A stretch of DNA of 64,000 bases from Catajapyx aquilonaris (Eukaryota): the NCBI GenBank assembly GCA_000934665.2, contig KZ537970.1, positions 62,001 to 126,000 on the forward strand, read 5' to 3'. Under the pieces are notes generated by a model that saw only the letters and a list, made by a program, of their open reading frames with translations, made no database searches and was not told the origin of the DNA. Positions within the stretch are counted from its first letter, which is position 1. Every line of letters begins with the position of its first letter. A program made the translations under genes and the position numbers. Of this stretch, positions 52,165 through 64,000 are shown in pieces.

Positions 52165-55089
52165 AAAAGCACATACAGTATATGAAAACCTGAAATGCAG
52201 AACGTTTGGTAAAAAATGAGCTGTAACATAAGCCTTGACGTATTACTATTGCTGATCAATAAGCCTTCGTGTATAGCCGTCACAGTTCTGTAATAAAATT
52301 TGCGTAATTTTTTAAATGATCAGTAGTGAAACCCTATTTCATATCATAAAATCATTCCAATGTGACTCTCTGATTGCCCTGCATTTCAGGACTTCATTGG
52401 CTGTATGATCACATTAATTTCCCTTACTACGGTACCCAGAGAGCGCAATTTGACCTTTTTCAAAAAAAATCCACTGAAATCAGCAGAGGCTTTTCCACAA
52501 AACAGCCCTAACTGCGATCCCTTTGACTGCGAGATTAATCACACACGACTCCTTCTCCGGTCCGTTTCCCCTCACTTTGTTATTATCCTGCGAGTTGCAA
52601 ATAACCCCGTTACTCAAAATGCACATAACGCGATTAAACGTGCATGCTTTCCCTGGCGATCAATTGTGTAGCAATGTCGAGAATGCAGGACACAAATTGC
52701 CTCTGCAGCTGTTGCACCAAAGGGGCAAATAACACCGGCCTGTATAATCCAATTCCAGCCTGTGTAACTGCTGATAAATATCCCGCTCATAATGAACATG
52801 GGTCCCGACACATGACGATAACCCCCGCTGCAAACTTTAATCATGATTTACCGTCTATAGACCTGGAGCCCAGCCTGTCACTGGGGTTTCATAACACAGT
52901 TTTTTTTTCTAGCTCCATTCCGGAGAGAATAGTTCTTCCCCGGAACCGCTAAGAACACAGGATACAGAATCCGGTATCCCCAGCAAAATGAGAGCGCCAC
53001 TTTCCATTCCTTGCCTGTCGGAGGAGTCCGTAAAGTCCCTTTGTTATTCCGGTCCAAGGGCGCTCAGCCAAGCACAGGGAAAACGTGGATGGTAAAAAGG
53101 AGGCTTCTATTTTCATCCTTCTGGAAGATGGTCGTCACTGGAGGATCTCAGGGGGGGCAGAGGAATGACTAATCACGCCTCTATTTATTAGCATTTCGTG
53201 ACTTGCCTGCTCCTAATCACCCCCACGATGACAGCATCCGTTTCCCTCACGGCAAACCTAATCCTTCTCTCTCGGCGTCTCCAAGCCTGGTCTAGTCCCC
53301 AGAATATTACTGTGTCGACGGCCGGGATCGTACTTTTACCGGAAACAACACAGGACAACAGGTTTCATATGGTGCAATCAATGTGAAAGATGAGCTCCGC
53401 CTGATATTCAATCAAGCCCGGAAGGTACATAGTCTCAACCTTGACATGCTTTTGCAGGGAAATGTGTGCCAATTTATATCGTCTCAAAATTAACAAACCG
53501 TATGCTGGCCATATGTACCGCTATTCAGGAGCGCGTGAATTTTTCGCAGTGCAATCAGATTATGCCTTCCCCACCGCATGCAAATGTCAATTTGCAAGAA
53601 GAGCTCAGTTATTCGAATGCTACACAGACTCCATTAGACCCGCCGTACTGTGAAACCTTTATGCCCCCTTTTTTTTGTTCCAGTATAGCGTCTCGGAGCA
53701 GGCAATGAGAGAGTAAAATACGCTGTGACAGGCTTGCAAAAATGAGGCGAAGTTGAGGCAGAACTCGGAAGATGGAGGTAATGTTTGGTGCCCGCAGTGC
53801 GGATCTATACAGTGCTGTAGCCTTCTTCTTCGTTCCTCCAAGCCCTTTTTCGCGGGAATCAGGACTGCAGAACAGGAGAGAAGAAGAAGGAATCGAAATC
53901 CTATAATCGATGCTAGTTTTCAAAGAAGATCGATGAGATGGTTTGGAACGTCTTCACCTGCGGCTCACACAGATAGGAGTGGCCGGGGATATAAGATAGG
54001 AATGCATCGGCCACTGAACGGAGCCAACTTCCGCCCCCAAACTTCCCCAGCCGTAAGTGCTCCAAGAAAATTTAAGAGAGGTAATGGAAGCTAAACCTCT
54101 TTCTAGAAGCATAGTCGGATCTACTGGCTGCTGAAGTGCCGCTTAGTGTCATCCATTCTGCCTCCTACGTTAGCCCATCAAAAGCGAATCACAGTACCAG
54201 ATTTCTTTTTTGGCACCTTAGACTCCGGAAATTTAATGGCCACCAAGAGCAGATAAGAATATACACATCACACGATTTTCCACCTTTCTAGCACCGTCTG
54301 ATGTGCAATAATTAACTCGCTCTGGGCCACACAGCCGCGGCTTAGGTTGTATCAAAGTCAGTGTCCCTTTCCTTTAACTCACGTTAATTGCTCGGAAAAT
54401 CAAAGTTGGCGGAAAGTGCCCTTGCTACATACATACTTCAACTCTGATGCCCCTGTCTCTTTGAAGCCTGCGGTCTGCAAGCTTTCCCCTTCCCTTTGCA
54501 GCCGGTTTTTTGGGGGGCGGAGTTGGGTTTGATTTGCAAAAGGGCCGCGAAGGTCCAATGACCAGCGCCGGCCCCACTCAGAAACGGATTACTTGGCAGC
54601 CTCGGGATTAGGCTTTGTCCGGCGCCTGACTGCAGCACCGGCGCCCAATTATCCGCAACCATCTTGCTGCCTCTCGCCACTCCATTACGCCCAATTGGTG
54701 CTTTCCGGTGCTTTGCTCCGCAAAGGTGCATCGCCCGCATCATTTGCACACAGCACTATGTCTCTCCTGGGGACACAAAACGCTCTCGGACCGTGAAACG
54801 CGATAAAGACCATCACAACAACACCCCACAAAGGCGATGAGTGCGTTGTCGTGTATGTTTTTTTGGCTTCCAAAATCCTGATCATGCAACCGGCTGTGAT
54901 GACTAACTGTCGTTAGAGATGACAGTCAAAGTGAAGCGAGTAAAATGCGGGATAAGCACGGAGGGCTGTGGGAGCTATTCACTGATGCAGGGGGTTGTGA
55001 AAGGTTCTGTGCAAATACCGTGGACTTTAATGAGCGATACAGCAGAGACCCCCGCTTCACAATACGCTATGCGCTGCCCATGTTCTGTA

Positions 55090-55386
55090 CAGGGTGGTGC
55101 AAAAGTGAGAGCTGCATTTAGCCTGAGAATTCAAGATGAAATTAGCACAATGATGGTTTCAGCAATTTTTAGATTTATTGCGGAGATTATCACATTATGA
55201 TACTACGAGTATATAAAATATCTTGTGCGTTAGAAAACCCATGCAACAGTGGTTTTGGGGGGCATAACGCGCAGGATGATCTCCATTATTCAGTTGCATG
55301 GTGGCATCAAAATCATTTAAGAGTAATTTTGTAGTGAAAGTTGATCCGTAGCAAGTAACCCTGTCCGAGAGCATTGCACCATCCTG
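55090..55386. mobile_element. Probable Tc1/mariner-derived MITE (297 bp)
   Basis: TA|CAGGGTGGTGCAA ... TTGCACCATCCTG|TA: 13-bp terminal inverted repeats with one mismatch, TA target-site duplication, no coding capacity. Confidence 0.55.
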
Positions 55387-58300
55387 TATGTATCGTAATT
55401 CAGAAGACGCAGGAAGTAGTGTGCATTATATTCCGCTTTATTGCCAATGAGAGAAGCATTTTATGCCTGAATATATGACAAGACAACATGTTATAAACAG
55501 GCGGTGGTCATAAATAACTTATATTGCCTTCGAGAGACGTGGATGGTAGCGTTTATTTAAGAGCGCCACCTACTTTTCGGACATGTGCATCAGTGGACAG
55601 AGTTATTTTACGAGTAAGGTGACTTTGGTGAGGCTGGGTTATGTTGGGAGGTGCTCACATTTAATTTAAAATAAACTAGGGATTTACAGTTTCAAGTCAT
55701 CTGAAGGCTACATGACCGTTTAGATAAAATAGCAATGAACTTCATAGAACTTCTACCTTGTTGACAACCGTTGACAACCCATGAGCTGCTCTCATTGACC
55801 GAGAAGGCATGACAGAGACAAACTGAGTTCTGAATTAGCACACCTGGGAGACGAACTGTACTTTGACTGAAACACGTCGTTATCTGGATATTGTAAAATG
55901 CAGTAGGCTACTTGCAAATTTTGAATAAGGTTTATGGTTGTTGTGGAACTAATGTAGGTGTGAAGATTGTCAAGAATTATCTAAGTCAATATTATCAGTA
56001 TACTTGGCGGACAAGTTGCATCTTAAAAGCCAGATCCACACTGTCTTTTCAGTCAGGGATGGAGCACATATTCTCTTTGATTAAATTATACGACTAGACT
56101 ATCATCAATCATTCAAAAGCGTCATCAGATACTTTCACTCTCGTCTAGATCCACAAGCGCCGATTTTCAGCCATAGCTCAGCCCTGGATCTACTAAAATG
56201 TTGGACTGAAGGGTTCCTAACGATCTCACCTCAGCCTGCACCTGTACAGAGTGACTTCAGTCTAGACTGTGTTTTTTTTTACATATACGAGGGTAGGTTA
56301 GGAGAGTTTCACTACGCAGTTCCTGCCTGCAGACAGATGCTGCAGGGAATGTCTGAAAAGTACTAAATGGCTGCGGATATCATTCATTAGCAGGCAATGT
56401 GAGTGAAAGAGCCGGCAGATGCTAATAACTGGCTGGCTTTAATTGCAGTTAATCAACGTGTAATTGTCTGAAAAGGGAAACAAAGTTCCATCATACGTAC
56501 AGTATACGTATATTGGCAGAATTTTGAGTCATGGAAGACCCATTGATCGTGCTGAGGTTTAATTCCTAATACTTGTGCCAATGTGGCAATATTCTGACCC
56601 TTATAAAGAGGTTCGAATGGTATTTTTATTTATCGCCAAAACATATTACGGTATAACTAAAAAGATATTGAAATTTTCAGGTGACCATCCTACCATCCGT
56701 GTAAGTACAGTAGTATCAATGCTACATTTTTGGAATAAATTGGTATGATTACAAAAGGCGTGGAGGACAATCCAGACGCGCAGGTATTGACAATTAATTA
56801 ATATTAGACAAAAAATCATATCCATTCGGTTTTTAGCTTACATAACTTGTAACATATCACAAAGCTGCAATGTCGGAAAACAACTACTGCGCAACGTAAA
56901 AGCTGTATTCATCTGAGGAGCTGAGTTCCCCAGGATTGTTTGAATTTTTTGGCGGGACGCCACTTTTTGTCGCAATATGAGTAGGCTAGCCAAATGCTAA
57001 TCATGAATTCATTTCACTGAACACACATATTGACATTTCCTTTTAAATGAAATCCAGAGTTTTGTAAAAGTTGCTCTATAGCCACTAACTCGTAAGTGCG
57101 GACATAAAGTTGGCATTCAGCCAAAAAAAATTCAATCATGCTGTAGGTGGATTACTCTGAAACTCACTTCTCATGTGAGCTACGTAATAAATGCACTACT
57201 GAGAAACTTTAAAAATTGATTCGAAGGCATTTCTTGCTCTCCTACTGGATCATAAATCTCTATTTACTAGAGTCAGTAGAAATGCAGTTACTCTAATAAT
57301 TGCATGTCCTATGTTAAGGAAGGTGCGATATTGTTGCAATCCCTGATAATTACTCATGAGTCACGAGTCACATGGCGTTAAAATAACTCATCCAGTGAGA
57401 ACATACGTCCTGTGTTACGGGTTCCACTAGAGTTAGTCCAAGTTATGATATTCTAAAACTTGCAGTGCACAAAATAACGGACACTTGCACAGATTTACGT
57501 CCTGATATGCTCATGTCCACGTTTTTAAGAGTATACTGTAACCTCTAAGCATGCTATCAAAGTCACAGTGGCGTCATACCTTAGGATGAGATAATATGTG
57601 CCACTTGAAACTTTAAAATAATGAGACAAATATTATATACGAGAGTATACGAGTAATTCAGAAATGTGTTAACTGCAACTCTTTCGGGATTTTGCTTTTG
57701 TTGAAACAGAGCAAAGCTTCACGCCATTTGTACCGCAATTCCTGGCAGTAAATAATGAAATCGAGCTGGGAGACGACCGCAGGGGGGAAGAGATGCAGAT
57801 CAAGTGATGTGTTAATTATCGCGTTTTGCTGCTCTCCCATGAGAGGATGTGTGCGAGCGTAACGGAGATCAATTTGAAGCCAGCAAAGAGAGGACCAAAC
57901 TAAGCACAAAAGAACAAATAGATCCTAGGCTCGGGATTAAACCCAGGAGATTCCAATATCAATTGATCTGAACCTACATCTCCTTCCATAATAGCAATAT
58001 TACACGAATATTGTGTGAAAATCATTTCCATCATAATAACGAAGCATTTCTCCAAATCAGCAATTAATTGGCGTTTATTTTGCCTGAAATATAAGATAAT
58101 GACACCTCAATCTCCGCTAGTACTAACAGGAGTATTCCAAACAGAGGCTGTTTTAATGTGGCGATCGAAACTGTCGTAGTATATTGCAAATCGTTAGTAA
58201 TTTGTCAACCGCAAGACATCTTACCAATGCAATGGTGAAACTGTTGCATAATTCCAGTGCACCGTCTCTAGACTGCATGAGTGTGTGGCAATGTAGAGTT

Positions 58301-61300
58301 CCTAATATCTGGTTTTGGGTAGGTGTTCCTAGTCATCAGCATCGACCACTTTGGCACCAGGAGCTTCGATCCACTGCAAGGGCCATCTGCCGAGTTCCGA
58401 ATCAAGCAGACTACAACCCAGACCGGGAAACTACTCCTTCTAGCGTGAGGCTGCAGAAGGAATATCATCATATTTTTATCTCAACTTTTTTGCCATACTC
58501 AGCAGAAACCTTCGTTTCCGTTTTCCGATAATTACTTCGATACTCAGGGACAATGGTTGGGTCCTCCTTTTCCAAACTTTCTCCAAATTGGTTACGTCCT
58601 TATCAAATACGTTTTCATTGGGCTATTCCGGTTAATTTATGCTGGAAATCGAGAAGAAAAGGGAAAGCGGATAGGGAAACGGTAATGACAGATGGGGTGC
58701 GGTGGAGGCGTATTGGAATATCAAGTTTCTCGAGAAGAATACAAGGGTTGGTTGATTTTGGCTGCGAATTTTGCGTGGACTGTAATTTCATTATGCGCAG
58801 CATGATCAACGTCAGTATAGTTATCGAGGCACAGACGAAAACGTTTCCAATATTTCTGGCTGACGGGCAGCAGTCACACATCGGCGATAGAATTATCACA
58901 GAACGAATCCGCCTGTCGATTCAGCCTGTTCCTAGCAATCAACCTCCGAAAGAAAAGTTGGTCAATAATAAACTCCGGGAGACATGCGCAGAGATAATGC
59001 TCAAACTGATATTCCATGGCATGTATATTTTTTGAGCTTCTCAAGTGCGACAGTCATATCTTACCTTCACGTATGAAGGTGAGTGATGATACTTTACCAA
59101 CTACTATGATGCTAGAAGATTGCTCATATGCACCACATACCTGAAAAGAGATGAAATTACATTTAAAATGTCACTTTACAACTTACATCTTAAGCACGAC
59201 CCGATGAATAGAAAGTAGTTGTTTTAATAAAAACATGCTTTGATACACTATTGATATTAATAAATGTCAGCATTGCAATTCTACAGATAACCAATACTAT
59301 GGCGATCAATACCATGCAATCCGTCGCCGCATTATCGAAATAAAATTATCTCGATGTTTACAATGACAAGGTCGACAATTCATTCCAACACGTTTGGCAC
59401 AGGAAAAGTTCCCACAGGATTCCTCCTCCTATAATTCAGTCCATATGGAAATTAGCCATGGGATGCAATTCCCTTCCCTCCTATATCTATGAGCAGTCCG
59501 TCCCTTTTGCGCCTCCAAATAAATGCCCTATCCTCTTCTAATGGTACTGGAATCTCCGTCACTAAACAAAAAAATCCCATGCAATTGGAGAGGCAGAGGA
59601 CAAAAAAAAGGATTCATTTGTGACCTGGGAATGACGCCTGTTGTACAGCTCTCGCTTTCGCTAGCTACACACTCATCAAGCGCTCAAACTCGACTGTACT
59701 TGACTGCGGAGATAAATAGTGCCTGGACTCTAGAGATTCTCAGCCTCGTATATGCCAAGAGAGCCTAATTAACAGCGTCCTTTCCCTAGAGAATAGCTTA
59801 TGTCACCGCTCAAACTTTCGCTTTGTCCACTCTTATCAACTGTGGCACACTGTGTACTTGCTGCCAAATGATCATTAACTGAGGGAATGAAGATGGTTGC
59901 GCCGCATTAATACTGGCTATATTACTCCTACAGTCGAGATTTGAGAGCAAGAAGCCGGCTATTAGGATGATTCTGTACGTAAAATATAATGTCCTTCCGT
60001 ACAACAGGGAGGTTAACAATATGACTCGGATGTAAAATGTGTATAAGGTCGATTAATATTTATTTACTGCTCATTAGGCTTGTACCACTCATGTTATTTT
60101 CATTAGACGTGGCAATGTGCTGCAGGGAAAATTACATTGGTGGCATACAGTATGGTGCATACAGTGCATGAGGCCATTAACAAAACACGAGGGGTATTCG
60201 CAAGAGCAGGAGTCTGGGAAACATCGCTTCCTGATTGATGGTTAATTAAATTAATTTGTTAATAGCATATTATTACCACACAATTGCACATAAAAACATA
60301 CATAATTATATCTGTTGTAAGTTAGTTGCGGGGTTGTGTTGTATATTAGCTGCATTTTGTGTAATAATAAAGCGTTGACTGCCAGTTGTCGTCTCCATTT
60401 TGGGTAAAGCAGGGTCGACTGCAGTGAATAGAATTTTTTATGTAAATTGTGGAAACAAGTTTCAGTGTCACAAGCACTTGCTAATACAGAACGGCGTACA
60501 AGTCAGAGCAATTTTCCCATGCGGCTGAGAAGCCATTTCGTGCAAATTCGCAACATTTTTAGCAGAGTGACAGTTGTTTAGCAGTATTTTGTGCGAATTT
60601 CTGCTGCTGCTGAGTGACCGCTTCTCAAGTAAAGGCAGTGATGGTTTTGCACATTTGAATACTTCAGTGCAATTTGTTATAAGGGCATTCAGAGTGCAGA
60701 ATTTAAAATATTATCTTCGTGTAAAACTAGGGCCAATAAAATACAGTCGCCTTCTCTTTCGTTCGCATATTGATCTCGTCTTATCACTCCAGGGCTCTTG
60801 CCTGAATAAGGCATTGCACTTCAACTGCCGCAAAAAATTTCCCACTATATTATAATGGAGCCTCAAATATTTCTGCTACCGTAATAGGATGCTTTTGTAA
60901 AATCTATACCGGTATAAAACCTCGTGCCGGAGGGATGAGGAAGGAAGGAAAAATTGTTCATAAAGGCAAGCCTTTTGAAATCGTGACAAATATTAAGCTT
61001 TAAAAATGTTTAAACTGAAGAAAGTTTCAATACTTTTCATTCGTATCTCTATTTTGTACCATCCACTGCCAAAATTCGCACAAATATGGACGACTTAATC
61101 ATATGGTTAGGTTATAAACAGATGTGGTTCAAGTTTATAAACAAATGTTCTGACTTTGAAACTGATGCACTATAATTTAAAAATTAACGTTAGCGTATAG
61201 CTACTGCCTATTCGGTTCATTAGAGTTGCCTACAGGCTACAGGTGCGTGTTTAAATGATTTATCCACGAAGAGAGGGTACCAAATTTTTTAAGCGCGAGA

Positions 61301-64000
61301 CCTACTAAACACACGAGAGGAAAAACTGGGTCAAATAAGGAAGAGAAGCCAAGTTCTAGGTGCAAAACGCAATTCTGAGCCCTCACACTGCTCCATTGAG
61401 GTTTCAACTCGAGCAAGAATGGCTCCATGAATGCAGATGCACGTGGAAAGAGAGCTCACTTGTGTGGTCCTCTTTACCCACACTCACCCGCAATGGACAA
61501 GCCTGCACCCATGGGGGCCCTCATATGCTTTGTTACATAGACCACGCCAAGCCCCGTGTGAATTAAGCGATGCAAATGGCACGGAATTTAATTTTCCATG
61601 GCAGAATCCCCCTCCCCTCCTCCCTCCCCCCAATCCGTTTGCATGTGCACATACCAATGAGGTAGCATTATTTGTCCCTTTTTTCCCCTACCCCTCTCTC
61701 CCAGGAGCGGATTTTCATTAGTCAGGCGCCTCGAGTTGACTTTGGGGCCCAATATTGGCCGGCTCCAGTACTTTCCATTCACCTGCGGAGTCCCCAAAGA
61801 GCCTCTCTCAACAATCTCATTTCTCAGGATTTGGAGAGAACTCCCCCACGGCAGCAGAATCCCCCTCCTCTTTTCAGTGTCGTGCCAGTAAACAATGGTA
61901 TTAGCCCAAGTGGCGGATGGATCCCGTCTGGAGGCCGTAGCCGGGAATAAGATGTCGGTTGCAGGGATTCGCCGACTCTTATCACAAGCGGGCTGCAAGC
62001 TGGGAAGGGCAACGGGAAGTTGATCTCAACCACAAACACTCATTACTCCGACCGCAATATCCGACTATTTGAACGTGGGTCCACCGATCGATGCTTGCTG
62101 CTTGCCCATAGGTACACATACACTCTCCACCCTCCTTCCTCCAAAAGTTTTTTTTTTTGCCCTGCGTGATTTAACAATGGGGTTACCCAGGGGTGCAATC
62201 GGGGTGTGGTTGGCGACCGCAAGTTGTTTCTTGGACCGCTTTTGGTATCCGAACGCCGGCTGGCGGCCTCAGAGTTAATTAACGCGGGAGGAAGATCAAA
62301 GGCGCAGGGGGTCTTGGTGCGGCCCCCAATAATACTCTGCGGCCTTTAGAACCTACCTACCGTACCGTAAATCTAACTACTTCTGGTACAGGCTTTCTCT
62401 GTGTTGGGCCTACCGGTTATGCGGCATGTCCAAGTCTTCTAACAAGGTCCTCGTGCCAGAGATAATGAACCGAAATTGCTCTTGTTCAGGTACGTTGCGG
62501 TAGTGCGGTAGTGTTAACATACTGCAGGGGCGGTTACTTCAAATTATCTGTGAATTACCATAAAGTGTACACGCCACACAACCTAACACCTGCCAAAATC
62601 TTTCTCCTCTTAGGCTGTTTGTTCAGATGTTTGTCCTACATGGTAGTATCGCTATCTCTCGCACGACCTGAGGGTGGCAGGAGTGTGCAATGAGCCATCT
62701 ATGCGCGAATAATAGTACTGCGTGGTAAATCAGCGGGCCATCTCATTCAAGTTGTTTTATTATCACTGTCATACTGATTATTATCGGTTTTACCAAATTT
62801 TGGCAACTGTTTCACTAGTATAGTTTGAATTAAAGTCAGGCTTCGAAAGACATTGCTTGGAGCTCTAATTTGGTGAAATTTTGCCTCTCTTTTTATAAGG
62901 AAGTCGAAGTAAGTTCATTGTGTAACGCAAGATTTGGCAAATATTTGAGCAAGAAATTCGCAAGGGTTGCTCATCAGCAAAATACGAGTAGATGCAATTT
63001 TTCAATTACCCCTGCTTGCAATTCGGCAGATCCCGAGTTTAAAATAAACTGGCGGAAACCCCCACTTTCATTGTGGCCTGATGGTTCAACCTCCGGTTCG
63101 CGACTAATATATGGGCAGACTTGTTCCGATTTTATCAAAGCCGGGTCCCATGAATGGGTCAACAGGAATGTAATCTGCAATTTGTAATTATGCTAACACC
63201 ATAGGGTATGAGCATCTGGTTCCAGCACCGTTTGTCCTCCTAATCCATGGGATGCAATGTGTGCCAACAGGATGCAAGTTGGATTTAACGATAATAGGGT
63301 TTATATTGGAACCCGCGTTATGTCTGCATGGCGGTGGATTCGTTGGCCGGATTACAGCGAACCCATTCGGAGAACTCATCTCTGTGGTCAACAATCCGGC
63401 CGTCTTCCAGCACTCAAACCACTTGGTTGATTATCCGGAGTTTTTTTTCCTATTAGGAAAATGGGCTGACAAACCGGATAATCTCATTTCTGGAAGTACC
63501 ACGTAATAGAGAAATTTTGTGTTCAACAGCTCAGGCCGCCGGAAAAGGGATTTTGTCAGCTGTTGACACCGAAACAAGACAAGTCTTTCACAACTTGCTG
63601 CTACTCCGAGCAAGCAATCCGTCTCTGCCACACATCTCCGGGTTGATCTCTTGCCCCTGACATCTGGAGCCGAAACCCAAGAGAAACAGCTCGCCACTTT
63701 CTAACGAGATGTATCGGTGGGCAGAAGTGCGATGACCGGTGCCATCTATATTGGGCCTAGAAACATCGCCAGTTTCTTACAAAGAAATAAATCTAAAAAC
63801 TTTAGCGTCCGCTTTTGTGTGCGGAGAACTTCTGGAATACTAATGCTTTGTCTACGACACATCTGTCGGAGGCCTCGAGCATACGAGAGGAGAAAAAATA
63901 AATAAAGAGGAACTTTTGAAGATCCGTTACGGTATAGTTCATCCAAGAAAAGAGACAAACTTTCGTCCCACAAAACAATGCGGAATTGGATGTGCACGTC

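Noticed and set aside
58553..59035. 160-aa + strand ORF
   Set aside because: No recognisable domain or supporting splice structure
63252..63506. ORF containing LHGGGFVG, like the alpha/beta-hydrolase HGGG motif
   Set aside because: No GxSxG nucleophile motif or other esterase context; probably coincidental
1..64000. CRISPR arrays, rRNA, tRNA, conserved arthropod miRNAs, intact transposase or RT ORFs
   Set aside because: None recognised on visual inspection; partial seed-like matches lacked full mature sequences and hairpins

Overview
Eukaryotic genomic DNA, most likely arthropod (inferred from the troponin C sequence and short ~60-nt introns), with one assembly gap (38373-38477). The supplied ORF track ignores splicing and is mostly spurious. 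The only confidently identifiable gene is a six-exon troponin C on the + strand (292-1958, 155 aa), in which only EF-hand IV looks canonical. A second, unidentified spliced gene converges on it from the - strand. Its first coding exon is 7795-7709 (MAFAAARMILKDKRRKPSKDEYTARARSK) and splices cleanly to an exon at 4506-4462 (ARSSTSTSSIRSHSQ). It also has candidate micro-exons, tandem splice donors and a candidate terminal exon ending 82 bp from the TnC stop codon. The remaining ~56 kb is non-coding (intergenic or giant intron). It holds a 48-bp uninterrupted hairpin whose only deviations are G-U pairs (27861-28011), a probable Tc1/mariner-type MITE, many TA-CAG-TA/TA-CTG-TA motifs resembling transposon excision footprints, several quasi-palindromes and a possible decayed RTE-type LINE fragment. 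No prokaryote-type system (CRISPR, operon) is evident. All counts and alignments were done by eye.
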